Assembly: GCA_030265395.1 (NCBI GenBank)
Contig: JARFYF010000007.1
Location: 39,219,376-39,283,375 of the forward strand
Length of the DNA: 64,000 bases
Source: Rhina ancylostomus
Taxonomy: Eukaryota
Reading direction: 5' to 3'
The translations under genes were made by a program, and so were the position numbers. The notes beneath the pieces were generated by a model. It did not search any database. It was not told where the DNA came from and worked only from the letters and a program-made list of their open reading frames with translations. This document shows positions 52,101 through 62,560 of this stretch, piece by piece. How positions within the stretch are numbered: position 1 is the first letter of the stretch; every line of letters begins with the position of its first letter.

Positions 52101-54967
52101 TGGAGATAAAATTCAGATGACCGACTCTTCTGCAAATGTACAAAGAAGAAAATTGGTGCTTTGGAACATATTCAAATGAAGAAATAATTGTCTGGTTAGA
52201 ATATGTATCATTTGATTATAGTAGGGTGGCATCAAAAAGTGAAGTGTGATTATTACAGCATGAATCACCACGTCAGCTTCAAAGTTAGCTCAGCACTATT
52301 GTATTAATAATATGACTAAATGCAAATAGTAGCTTTCAGATGTAAAATCTCAATTAGTGGCAGTATGAGTGGACCAGAAGTACAATTAAAGCTGTATGCA
52401 TTCTCCCATGTAAAATGAATTAAGCGTAAAGTTACAAGCAAATGGCAGTGCATTAACAGGGTAGCACATTAAGGAATAGCACTTTTTATGAAAAAAAGCT
52501 ATTGAAAGGATCAGAAATTTGGAATATGTAAAGATGAGTGGGAAGTGCCTGTGAAAGAAAACCCCACAACAGACTTCAATGTACCGGTGAGGAAATAGAG
52601 TAATAGACACTTAAGAGAAAGCCATAACTTAGTCTAAGGGCTCAGAAAATGTCATAAAACCACAGGGGTAAAGCCTGAGTGCTTTACAACTGCCATCCAA
52701 TCTGCAGTTTCATTAGTTTCTGGAATTTTATGAGGCCCTTTTAGACATTTTATGCAAATGTGGAAGCTCGTATTCAGTGTGATTTAAGTGCAATGATGGT
52801 TCCAAAAATATTATGACTTTGATGTCAACAAAGGAGATTTAACCAGACCTCACCACAGTTTGCCTTACTGCATTTCCGTTTCATCAGAGCTGAGTTAGAT
52901 TGCAATTTGGATTTTTGGAACTCTTCAAATGTATTCAGGGAAAATAGATAAAGTCAGCAAAATTGGGTTATAAAATTAACTAGAATAAAAATTTAGCAGA
53001 AGTAATATTACAATCAGGACAAATTGACTTTAAGATTTTTCTAGTGACGTTCTCAAGTTTGTAATTAGAAATAAATTACTGTCGTTATCAGTCCACGGCA
53101 GGTCCAGAGTAAGAACTAACACCCACAATTTCAGTTCCTTACAGCAGTTGCAGAAAAGACTATGACTAAATCTATAAAACATAGAAATTTTCTGAATGCA
53201 ACTGATCATAATAAATCTGTAAAATAGACATCCTCTGAACACAACTAATTATTGCTAAGAAAAGACTGATTTTAGATCTTAGATTTGACAAGTGATAGAA
53301 TACTAAAATCACAAAAGCTTTTGCTTTTGATAAAATAATGACCTAAGATACTAGCAATTTAAGATACTGGCTAATAGAGAGAATACTCTGCAAACTTTTG
53401 AAGCTGGTCTCTGTAAATTGAGTTTTCAACTCTAAGACAGGAAGAACTGAACACGGAAGTCATCACACCCAGCAAGAAGCATCACATACCCATCATTGTA
53501 ACCACCTTCATGTCGAGCAGAGGTAAAAACGTCCATCTCAATTAGGTTGTCCTGCAAACTCTCTAGGAATGTCTGCTTTGCTACATTTCTACATTCAGAT
53601 GGAAATATGAATGAAGCCAATGAGCTGCATATGAATAAAATAGTGAATGGAGAGAGCAAAAATCAAAACAGCAAAATGGCTGAAAACATAAAAGCAGACA
53701 TCAGTGTTATGATAGAAATAGAAGTGGCAGAGAAATTACTGATGTCCTATTTAAATTGTGATATTCAGATCAGCATTTTAATAGTTTTAAGGTATAATGT
53801 AAAATGGTTCGGATAAAATTACTTTATATGAATGAACCCTAAACCCACCATCATTGACCTGGAGTCTCTGCATGCTTTCTGCCCAAAATATAAGAAAATC
53901 TATTAAAGAAATGAAAAATGTTGCTGAATTTGAAATTAAAAAACATTGCCACTTATGCTGGAGTTTCTGCCTATTTTTATCTCTGCTTACAAAACTGGTC
54001 ACATCATTAGGTCATCATGGCGAGTTATCACTGATCCTGTCTGTTTGGAGCCACGTATCACACTTCAACCAGAACTGCAGGCACAAAGACTATTAGGGTC
54101 ACATTAATCCATCATTAATGACAGGAAGTTGCATGCGGCTAGCATTTAATTGAAGTCTCACTCAGGTCTGTTTCTAAGGCTGCAGTAATAATTATTTTAA
54201 ATTATTTTAATATCCGTTTAATTGAGTTCAAATTCAGACTGCTGATTGGGAGGTTGATCCTTTTGATGCAGCAATTACTTGAATACATTTTCAATTTAAA
54301 TCAGTTTACTTTAATTGGTAGTCACCTTCAGGTTCAATAATCCATGTTCTAATCAATAATTGATTACTATCGATAAGGTTGCTCACGCCAGCTGTTATGG
54401 AAGGGTTTATGCCAATAAATTTGAAGGGAAACTTGGACTAAACTTTACAAAACCAGCATAATGTCCAGCATGTTCCTTGAGCATTATTCTGACTGCACCC
54501 CAAGCAGAAACTCCAGGTCATTGTATTCATACAAAGTATCAATTGAGAATGTAATCATATTCTTCTTTTTATATTGCAATTTAAAATATATTGTAAAAAT
54601 CATGATACAGAAAGATTTCATGTTTTTACATACTTTCATTACAAGGTTTTACACAGTATCGGTGGTAAACTACCACAGCAGTTCAGGTAAGTTATTGACA
54701 AAGGAGCCTACCTAGTCTCCAAGGGGATGTTACTGTTGAGGAGCCAATTGTCCTGCATGTGGGCAGGCTCCTGTACGCTTGGAGGTGGTTCTGGAGGGGG
54801 AGGGAGATCAGCTGGACTAGGGCTGGGATTACTGCGTGTGGTTAAGTTCCCCCTGTTCAATGAGTTCACCGAAGAGGCATGTGGCTGGTTCAAAGAATGG
54901 GGATGCGACGTCGGAGGAGGGGGTGTTCTGAGCACTGAGTGATTCTGAGAAATGTTGGTTGAGGCTT
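15666..54967 (-). CDS. TENM4: Teneurin-4 (Odz4/Ten-m4), partial multi-exon gene: 8 coding exons in window, gene extends beyond them on both sides
   Basis: Spliced translation gives ...[15 protein letters not shown]|[19 protein letters not shown]...|HFLFKPG...[25 protein letters not shown]|[19 protein letters not shown]...|GK...GLPPSHTQ|[13 protein letters not shown]...|EGF1|EGF2-3. The LQDNLIEMD exon, [11 protein letters not shown] and WPVPTDV are TENM4-type rather than TENM1-3 as I recall them. All introns are GT-AG with consistent phases. Introns are 1123, 4453, 13862, 8318, 4150, 2990 and 2915 nt. Confidence 0.96.
16805..16955 (-). mobile_element. CR1/HER1 LINE 3' tail
   Basis: tagaacatagaacagtacaacacaggaacaggtctttcggcccatg...aactaatcccatttgcctgc...ctgtctagatgcctc. 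Confidence 0.8.
17645..18360 (+). mobile_element. Penelope-like retroelement 3' fragment spanning an N gap
   Basis: Encodes [36 protein letters not shown], similar to the C-terminus of the Penelope GIY-YIG ORF. Followed by a C/T-rich tract and the gatgctgcttgacccactgaatttctccagc terminal motif. Confidence 0.8.
18776..18877 (-). CDS. TENM4: TENM4 coding exon (102 nt), EGF-like repeat 1
   Basis: Not in the ORF track in this frame; read by hand. Acceptor cctcacag|AG, donor G|gtaaga. Encodes [34 protein letters not shown]. Confidence 0.95.
20930..21060 (-). mobile_element. Old CR1/L2-group LINE 3' fragment
   Basis: tggtgagccactttcatgaac...tgaaggtgcttccacagtg...gatccagtggcaaggaaggaatgg; same family as 4400-5570. 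Confidence 0.55.
21120..21390 (-). mobile_element. DeuSINE (SacSINE1-like) remnant
   Basis: tgtagtcactgtggtaatgtagg..ccaatttgtgcacag..ctcccacaaa...ctcttctgaaattgtgccatggcgtctttcacattcacctga...catctcatctgaaag is the reverse Deu-domain pattern. Shorter pieces lie near 34040-34110 and 49480-49570. Confidence 0.75.
21868..22081 (-). CDS. TENM4: TENM4 coding exon (214 nt), pre-EGF beta-sandwich region part 2
   Basis: Acceptor ttctgctag|TTT, donor G|gtaagt. Encodes [71 protein letters not shown]. Confidence 0.95.
23565..24480 (+). mobile_element. Deleted CR1 LINE RT fragment containing a nested CR1 3' tail (about 23865-23985)
   Basis: [15 protein letters not shown], ctaggccacagctggagtactatgcacagttctg (RPQLEY.AQF.), 3' tail at 24440-24480. 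A second tail gggccaaagggcctgttcctgtact lies inside it. Confidence 0.85.
25332..25618 (-). mobile_element. Penelope-like element terminal fragment
   Basis: gagacttcagatgctacaatctggagc...ctggaggaactcagtggttcaggcagcatct...gccttcatctggactg followed by a G/A-rich tract; homologous to 43396-43800. Confidence 0.75.
26232..26446 (-). CDS. TENM4: TENM4 coding exon (215 nt), pre-EGF beta-sandwich region part 1
   Basis: Acceptor ttttcacag|GA, donor CAG|gtaagt. Encodes [72 protein letters not shown]. Confidence 0.96.
30915..31180. repeat. Degenerate minisatellite (about 27-30 bp unit, tgttatacagtgacagagctgtaccc...)
   Basis: tgttatacagt recurs at ~30919, 30947, 30975 and 31125; ctgtaccc recurs throughout. 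Confidence 0.8.
31868..32103 (+). mobile_element. tRNA-derived V-SINE (HE1-like), relatively young
   Basis: cacggtagtgtggtggttagc head, near-consensus V-domain gtgggtttcctccgggtgctctggtttcctcccacatcc, tail gggctggaagggcctgttacagtgctgtat. Confidence 0.88.
34765..34935 (-). CDS. TENM4: TENM4 coding exon (171 nt), end of TM helix and extracellular linker
   Basis: Acceptor tatcacag|CC, donor G|gtatgg. Encodes [57 protein letters not shown]. Confidence 0.96.
36340..36960 (+). mobile_element. Very old CR1 ORF2 endonuclease-region remnant
   Basis: Degenerate motifs ggaaagatgagaaatggcagagcaggtggaatagc (RKDR..GRGGGVA-like), ttggatttag (LDL) and gtgcatgatcat (DH). Confidence 0.45.
37077..37571 (-). 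mobile_element. CR1/HER1 LINE 3' end
   Basis: [57 protein letters not shown] plus tail tagaatcatagagcaatacagcacggatacaggcccttcggccc. Confidence 0.92.
37910..38690 (+). mobile_element. Old CR1 LINE fragment (N-terminal RT region)
   Basis: [16 protein letters not shown] and [14 protein letters not shown] motifs with frameshifts. Confidence 0.75.
38945..39160. mobile_element. Penelope-like terminal sequences in head-to-head inverted arrangement
   Basis: Left arm 38996-39052 and right arm 39101-39158 are imperfect reverse complements. The right side carries CTGACGA...GAAAC. Confidence 0.75.
43396..43800 (-). mobile_element. Penelope-like element terminal fragment
   Basis: gagacacaagagattgcagatgctggaa...gaactcagcaggtcagg...gtttcgggttgagac, then a G/A-rich tract; homologous to 25332-25618. 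Confidence 0.78.
43810..43937 (+). mobile_element. CR1 3' tail
   Basis: ttagacacatgaaaagggcagggaatagaggga...gcaggcagatgggattagtt...ttcctgtgctgcacttctctatattctctgttcta; reverse homolog of 16805-16955. Confidence 0.75.
44570..44918. repeat. Degenerate tandem repeat built on cactgact/cactgaca/ctct units
   Basis: cactgactcactgacacactctct-like units repeated more than 10 times. Confidence 0.85.
44930..45370 (+). mobile_element. Penelope-like element 3' fragment
   Basis: C/T-rich tract, caccctatcagagatattcc, then ttctgatgaagg...gaaacatta...ccacagatgatgcccaacctgc...tttccagcattttctgttttta. Confidence 0.7.
45375..45882. repeat. CA/CT-rich low-complexity region including a (CA)n microsatellite near 45569-45604
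   Basis: Direct inspection. Confidence 0.9.
46138..46184. repeat. (CA)n microsatellite
   Basis: Uninterrupted CA dinucleotide run of more than 20 units. Confidence 0.95.
47245..47720 (-). mobile_element. Old L2-type LINE 3' region
   Basis: gtcaaagaccttggttttatggagcaccttaaaagga...ttagggacagaattccagag...ggcagctgaag...gagggcattttaaaactgag matches the reverse of elasmobranch L2 3' ends as recalled; a smaller copy lies at 30540-30610. Confidence 0.6.
48798..49036 (-). CDS. TENM4: TENM4 coding exon (239 nt), juxtamembrane intracellular region and transmembrane helix
   Basis: Acceptor tccattag|G, donor G|gtaagt. Encodes [79 protein letters not shown]. Confidence 0.96.
51130..51630 (+). mobile_element. 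Old Penelope-like element 3' fragment
   Basis: aaagctcaaactaaccttgaaaacagcaccacatcttccaacttggcacatta (AQ..LE.QH.IF.LGTL-like, cf. 17645) and terminal ctccacagatgc...atatttccagca motif. Confidence 0.65.
53490..53588 (-). CDS. TENM4: TENM4 coding exon (99 nt), symmetric phase 2-2 intracellular exon
   Basis: Acceptor gaatgtag|A, donor GG|gtatgt. Encodes [32 protein letters not shown](G). Confidence 0.92.
54712..54967 (-). CDS. TENM4: TENM4 coding exon (256 nt), proline-rich intracellular domain
   Basis: Acceptor tttctttcag|AA, donor AG|gtaggc. Encodes (E)[49 protein letters not shown]...[14 protein letters not shown](R). Phase 1 to phase 2. Confidence 0.95.
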
Positions 54968-56628
54968 CTGAAAGAAACAACATTACAGAGATGATTAGAG
55001 CTATTTATACTAAAATAATTATCCTACAGCCATGATTTTCTTTGCCAAAACCTTTACTTTTACAAAGAATAGATGTGAATATCATTGTCATTGTTTAAAC
55101 ATCTCTCTGAATAGATTAGAATTATTAAATTGCAGCTCAATGTGACAACATATGCTGCTGTAAATAAACGCATTGCTAATGCAATAACTCAGCTTTCCAA
55201 CTCATTTGCTTTCTGGGGGAGGAGAACAGGAAGTTGAAAGATAAAAAGTAGTGAAGGGAAGAAAACAGAGCAGAGGTAGTGAAATACTACTTGACAGGCC
55301 TGAACGATCATATATCTAATAAGCATACAATGTCCCTGGCATCATGATAGAAAAAAGAGTAATATGTAAACCAACATGAGTCCTTTATCTTTGAAAGAAA
55401 TTCCAGCATTCCTAATAAATGTTATATAGATTCCAAAACAGCACAATGAAAACTAGGGCAGCAAAGCTTCAAGATAAAGACCATTGCATCTTCCTTTGAG
55501 GTGGTGAATGGGAATACCTTACCAGTGTTTACTGAACAAATGGGTAGCAACTGCTCAGATCAAGCCTGATGTGGCAGGACACTGGTCACAAAGGTTAACA
55601 ATTGAACCAGGATTGATGGGGCAAAGAGGAGCTCTGGTCCTGAATGCGCTGTTAATGAGAATGGGGTCAGGGATATGCTTTAAGAGCAAGGGCTGTGAAA
55701 TTCACACCTGTGAGACTACAGTGTGTTCCTAGTAGTTACCTGAATCATTTCCACTGAACATACTCAGTGCTGACACTCCTTTTAAGAGTTTCTGAGCCTT
55801 CTGTATTAAAAGCTGTTCAGAGTGGGAAAGAAAAAAATATCACCTATTGTTGCCAATAACCTTGGTGTATTTCATCAATGAGGCTGAAGAACTACTTTTC
55901 ATCAGGGAGTCAGATTTGAACTAATATATGGCTTTTAAGTCATGGTTCCAAAGTCTTGCCATTATTTATTGTGTAAAACACCAATGAACATAGCTGAAAA
56001 GAAATATATGTTAATTTTAAAAAAGTGAGCAGAACAGCAGAAGCCATTGGATGTAATTGTGTGTTAAATTCAGCAAAAAGTTAATTACAAAACACAATAA
56101 CTGACTTCAATGCAAACCATCTGGGAGTCTTACTTATTTGTGGGCATCAGTTGATTAAAAGAAACACTTCTGATACGAGAACAAATTTACTCACATGTTA
56201 TGATAAAAGTGGAACATCAATGGTGTTCCTCATCAGTGTTGGGCTCTGATTAGGTTTCTTCAAGGTAAGTGGCAAAAAAAAAGAAATAAAGGGGTAAAAA
56301 GCTCTTTACTAAAGAAGCATCTCAGGAATAACAAGGATGAAGATAATAGCTCAGAATTTGCTGAGAGCAGCAAACTGCTTGCACTCACTGCTGTCCTGCA
56401 CATTCTGTCCTTACCTAATAAGGATTTTCTGAGAACAAGTTCTGTTGACAAAACTAAGGGAAAAACTTTTTGATTAACCCACATCCCCAGCAAAGCTGTC
56501 AAAAATCAAGTATGTTTCTCACAATCAAAACACTCACAAATTAATACCCAAAAGTTGGCAATACCAAATAGAATTCACTCTCAAAGAACTTACGTAGAAA
56601 AGCAAACAAATACGCACTATATATATAT

Positions 56629-56714
56629 ATGCATGAAGAAATGCAAGTTAAAAAAATATATATTTATATATATATATAAATATATATTTTTTTAACTTTC
56701 ATTTCTTCATGCAT
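56629..56714. repeat. 86-bp AT-rich palindrome (43-bp arms, one mismatch, no spacer)
   Basis: Checked base by base around the centre 56671/56672; the only mismatch is 56644(C)/56699(T). Confidence 0.93.
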
Positions 56715-58904
56715 GTGCAGATGACACAGCTTCGCATTATGGAAAACCATGGTACAGACTGTTTTCTGGGAATGCAACACCCTAGTATTGCTGGGGTCAC
56801 CTGTATTATGAAATATTCAATTAAAAGACTAATCATTATATCTTTGCAAAGTGTGGAAAACAGCTAAATTCTCTTTAAAAAATAAAATCATTTAATTCAA
56901 CAAAAACAACTTAAAAATTTAACACTTTATTCGTAGCAGCCGTTTCTCTCCATTCAAATGAACAGAGATGTGTCCTTACGTTTGATCTGATGTGGTGTAG
57001 TTTACTTAGTGGATTCCCTGATTGGTAGGAAATAGTCACCAAATTGCTCTGCTGGTGGTCTCTATATGGAGCATAGCATTGGAGTGCCGTTGAGAATTCC
57101 CTGGCAAACAGCTGTTTGGATGTTTAGGATTTTCATTTGTACAGGAGTTGTAAACTTCCTGGCACTTATGCATGAAAACTGCTGACCTATAAGTTTAGCT
57201 ACAGTCCTACTGGTATTTCCCAACAAAATCTGTGCCAAATTTAACAAATGGAAGAATTCAGTAAAAGTAAAGGCTTAACTGACATTAGTTGAACTTAATG
57301 TGGTTCGAGCCACATTCAATATTGTAACTCACAGCACCAGCTACTGGAGCACCATCAATGTTGCAGATATAACTACTTCAATAAGCAATTGATAGATATA
57401 TGAAGATTAAAATATGATTGCTTCAAATAGTATTTCACCTCTCTTATTTTTTGTGTGGTCAGCTGCTTGTTACTTGGTTCTGGATGTTATCCTATTCACT
57501 CTCATTTGCTGCTCAAATGTCTGTACTGGTACCAGAAAACAAAGGACATAGATTAGCCTCTCTATATTGTTTTGACAGAAATAGTCAACATGATTAGCCA
57601 TTGAGATTGATCTGATTTATATAAAAAATTACTACATGCAAACAATAGTTTGTGCACCTGTGATTATCACTTGACTGTTAGGTGGGATATATCCAACTCA
57701 TGATAGACAGGAATACAACGGTTCAGTTTAAGCAGCTCATTGTGCAAACTAAATTGAAACTCATTGTACTGTACTTAGATAATGCAATTTCAGATTAACT
57801 GCAACTTGTTCAGTGCAGTGCCTGTGTTAATGTCATGTTTAAGTTATAAAGAATGAAACACAAGGAATGGGAATTGGGCTAGATCTTCGATTTCTATGAT
57901 GGGACTGATCCGGGAAATGTCCTCGTGAAAGTCCCACTTTCTGGTCCTGTAGTGGGCCCAAGCTTAAGGTGGCACTTTCTGTTCTTCCCGCTTCCAGTGC
58001 TGTTGGCTGCCCCTGAGCAGTGTCAAGTTGTTGTAAGACAGAGACATTCACAGAGTTTCAGGAACAGTGACTGCTCTGACAATTGAGGAGCATGGAGTGG
58101 GTGTGTCACTGCCCGTCAAAGCCCTTCTGTTAGTGAGGCAGGCTGCCCGTGTCAGCAGGCTGGGTGGGGCCTTGGCCAGGGCTCTGCCACTCTGAAGCAC
58201 TGGGACCCACTGGAGGACAGTATCCATGGCAACACTGGAAGAAAATGTGTGCCCCAAGGCCAGGTACAAGATCTGCCTCATATATTTGGTTGCTTTGAAC
58301 AATTGTACAGCAGGTGAAGAAATATTTAAAGAAATTTAATTGCACTCTGCCCACCTCACAGACATAAATGGGTGGCGAGGGCCAATGTAGCAGGCCATGT
58401 GGACATGCTGGCTTCCATAGTGGATCAGCCTGCTCACTGGATATCCAGCAGATATGCTGAAAGTGAAACTCTCATGAAGTCTCTCTGCACATCAGAAAGT
58501 GTAACTGCTGCACCAGCCCTCCTCAATTAGAACTGTTTACTTGGGTGCTCAGCAGAAAAATCAGTCACCCCTAAAAATTAACAAAATTAATTGCCTTGTG
58601 ATGGAGCCAGGAGACATAGGAGTGGTTCTCCCAATTCTACATACCACAAGTGACCGCCAGCTACCACTAGCCTCTTCCCAAATGCCCATAGCCCCAGACT
58701 TTCGACTTGCTGCCTTCTACAATTGCCAAGCTATCTCTGGAGTTGCAGTTGGTAACCACAGAGCTTGGGTACTGTCCCAGTGAAGCCAATGGATCAATGA
58801 ACTGACCTACCATAACCTACATTCTCAGATAAAATGGGTTCTCTGTGCAAGAAAGCAACCTCAAATTGATTCTCATTTTTAAGAATATTTTCACATATTT
58901 TCAT

Positions 58905-59248
58905 GCAACATTGGAGGCCATTCAGCTCATCGACTATCTGCCAACTCTCAGAGAAATCCCATCAATCCCCTTCCCCCACATTTTCCCCTTTAACCTATTC
59001 TCTGATGCCCATCAATTCCAAGTTTTCCTGCCACCCACTAAAAATGGGTATAATTTTCAGTGGCTACCTGAACCTACCAACTGACACATCTTTGGGATGT
59101 GGGAGGAAACTGGAGCACCTGAGGGAGTCCCATGAGGTCAAAGGGAGAATGTAGAGGGTCCACTGAGCTAGCAGCCAAGGTCAGGATTGAACCCAAGGCA
59201 CTGGAGTTGTGCAACAGCACTGCTACCTGCTGTGCCATAGTGCTGCCC
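58905..59248 (-). mobile_element. tRNA-derived V-SINE (HE1-like)
   Basis: Reverse V-domain catctttgggatgtgggaggaaactggagcacc, reverse B-box ggtcaggattgaaccc, reverse head tgtgccatagtgctgccc. Confidence 0.85.
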
Positions 59249-60984
59249 TTATATTTAACTGGTCACACATACCTTTTGCCACTCTTCAATATTTCTAAAC
59301 CATTCAAGTGAGTTTTTGATTTAAACCATATGATATGAAGTGATTTGCATTATCTCAGAATCATGGATCTCTTTTGGCATTTTTGGGCCATGATATAAAT
59401 ACAACATAGTCCTATTCTCAGATCATTCAGAGGATAAAGATACATTGGTGCCTGCCTCTGTAAAGTCTAAGTTCTGTCCTTGTCTGCAGCAAGATGCAGA
59501 AACATTTGAAGGAAAGAACAAAGAGAAACAAAATCCCGGCATCTGATTCATTCAGAAACCTCCTGCATCCAGTTATGTATCTGGACACTCTTGTAAAAGA
59601 GGAAAAGCCACGATAAGAGCAGTAGATAGGTGAGAACTGGGTCCTCTATTAATGGAATGGGGCAGGGCAAGCTTGAAGTGAAGTGAAATGAAAGAGCAGG
59701 AATGTGAATTACAATACCACAAAACATTGCCCCACTAACCACACACACGTAGCAATGTGCCACCCTACTCCCACAAGAATAACACATATCTGAACATGCT
59801 TGATATTGTTCAAGCCTCTTGTTACACACTTGGCATGATATCCCTTCCCAGAAAAGTTGGTAAAGTGAATATAGACCAAACCATGCCTCATATATGGTTC
59901 TACTTTCTCCCTCAAAAGTTGAAAGGACTGTTCTATTTTGTCCCCTTCTTTGTGGAGATGGATTTGGGCCCTAATCTAAATGGCTCCCCATGCCACTTTG
60001 GAGGTGGGTGGTGGTGGGGGGTTTTGGCATTGGCCTTGCCAGAGTGCCAAATCTCCTATTCCATAATTGTCCTCTCTCATCTGTTCTCTGAGATGGTTTG
60101 CCCCATCTTCTTTGGCTCATCCCCTGTGGCTCAATCCTACACATGTTGTTCTTTGTTGCTGCCTCTTTGCACCCAATGTCTCCCCTCAACCAACCACCAC
60201 CACCCAAGAATCTTCTGCAAAGTCTGCTCCTCATCTCCCTCACAACTACTCTCTTCTTCCCAGCCCTCCTACCTGAGCCTTGCTCTTGGCTCAGTTACCA
60301 CATCAGCTTCTGGAGTATTTGATTTGAATACAGGATTGATTGTAACTCATTGTACAGAATATTAAGAGATATTAATTGGTATTCAGACAAATGCATTAAA
60401 ACCAAGAGTGAAGTCATATTGTTGTTTATCTATGCAAAAGTAGGATAGACAGATCAGAATGCAGATGAAGTTATCAGTTACTGTGCCAATTTTCTGAACA
60501 GCAAACAGCTTGTTGAAGTACATTAAATATGAACATAAGTACAGAAAAAAAGTTCCTCCCCTTTAACCTTCATGATAAATAGAGCTGGAAGTTCAGTCCT
60601 TGACTAAATATATTTAACAGGGCAGTCAACGGATCTGCAGAGTCTTTTACTTACACTGCCTATTAAGTTTCAGAATGAATGCTATTTGCTTGTCAGTTCA
60701 GATAAATCCTCAATGGACTGGAACTATTAAAATATACATCTCTCATTACTATATCGGGTAGCTAGCCATTAACAGAATCAAAAATGTATTAGCTCACAAG
60801 CCTGCCAATCATATACTTTAAAAGATGAATAGAGTACTTGGCTGTGAATTGAATTATTTGACCTTCCACCTTAATTTTTCTGTCCAACTGATTGCTCCTT
60901 ATTATTGACTTCTATTTGAAACTGCATTTTGAACACAGTATACCAGAGAAGGGAGCAGAGATCATTGAATCAGCAAAATTCATA

Positions 60985-61275
60985 GTACAGAATGATCCTG
61001 TAGTATCCCCAGGTGCAAAAACAAATATTGGCTAATCTTATATCTCAGTACTTGACCCATAGCCCTGTAGGTTACAGCTACACCTGGGTACATTTTAAAT
61101 GTGCTGAGGGTTTCTGCCTCCACTGCCCTCCCACCCCATGTATTCCAAGTGTCCACCAATTTCCACATGAAAAAATTCCTCAATCTTCCTGTAATCCTTC
61201 TACTAATCAGGTGAAATTAATGTCCCCTTATTATTCACCCCTCTATCAAGGAAAATAGATTCATTCTGTCTAGGC
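60985..61275 (-). mobile_element. Old CR1 3' fragment
   Basis: Minus-strand RNFFMWKLVDTWN...AVEAETLSTFK. Confidence 0.65.
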
Positions 61276-61299
61276 CTAGCATATGTAACATGGTACCTG

Positions 61300-62560
61300 T
61301 CAGGTTTTGTCATCACCCACGTGAGAAAGATCTCCATAGCAGCCATGCCATTACAGGCACTAATGTCCATTGAACCGACCATCATCTGATCCACTCTGTT
61401 ATCTCCATCAACTTGACCCTAAAACAGCAGTGTCAACAAAAGCATTGCCAGAAGAAGATGATTGCATAAGCTCTTAAAGACTCCACAAAGAAAATTCTTC
61501 GACTGACAAATGGAGCCGCAGAATGCCTTCAGCATTTGCACTGCCCTGAAATTCACCATGGTTAGCATCTTGGAAGAGTCTGTTTGTTTCTCTACCAGAA
61601 ATAACCAGTTCCGGTTTGATGAGAATGACCAAGAGATCTAGAAGCTCACCACAAACATAAGGCATCCTTGGATTTGAATGTGCATCATGCCTAAGGGAAA
61701 AGGAAAAGCTCCATGGGCACCTGAAGGCTAAGGTCCAACAACTTGTGACCAAAGGAAAAGATGGCATGTGGGAACAACAGAGAAGCATCAGTGATTTGCT
61801 GGTAACTATTACATATCCAGATTCTTCAGCGTGGTCAAGACAATCTCAAGCCTGAACAACTAAGGCCCCACCCACTGAGAGGAATGAACAAAGGTGGAAA
61901 AAAGGCAGTCAACACCCGCTGGAAGGAACACTTCAAAACCTGCTCAGCTGTGACTCTTCCCTTGACCTGAGCACTCTTATCTCCATCCCACAGCAATCGA
62001 TCTGATCCAACATTGCTGCCATACCTGACTGACAAAGGGTGATATAAAGAAGCAGACTTAAAGGTGCCAACTTAAAATAAAGCCACAAGAACAAGCAGTA
62101 TTCTTGCTAAAATCCACAAACTTGACAGTGAGGACCTTAAGTCAAAATCCACGGCCTCATTGCCCACATCTGGGAATAGGATGATATGCCAGGGGACCTC
62201 AAAGATGCTGCAATTATGACAATCTTCAAGAAAGGAGACAAACCCAACTGCAATGGACAGCGGTCACCTTGGTATTAGCCATAAAGTCACTGCCAAGGTC
62301 AAATTCACCTACCTCCTCCCATTGGCCCACTCCCTGAATTGCAAGGTGGGTTCCATCCATCTGGAGGTAAAATGGGGGTGATCTTTACTACATGACACAT
62401 CCAGGAGAAATGCAGGAAGCACATCAATGACTACACATGGGCTTTTTCAACCTCACTAAAGCCCTGAACCGTCAACAAGGAGGGATTGTGAACCAAACTC
62501 CTTCTGAAATTTGTCTCCATCTTATGTTTGCTTGATGATGGTGTATAATCTTTGATCTTG
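61300..62560 (+). mobile_element. RTE-clade LINE fragment (frameshifted ORF)
   Basis: FDENDQEI, RWKEHF, IWE*DDMPGDLKDAAIMTIFKKGDKPNC and IQEKCR motifs typical of RTE ORFs. Confidence 0.8.

Noticed and set aside
54727-54942. Plus-strand ORFs overlapping TENM4 exons (also 15698-15910, 34779-34997)
   Set aside because: Antisense shadow frames of real coding exons.
59757-60365. 202-aa plus-strand ORF, the longest gap-free ORF
   Set aside because: No recognisable domain, antisense to TENM4, Ser/Leu/Pro/Cys-rich composition typical of non-coding frames, and its 3' part overlaps a probable old L2-like remnant.
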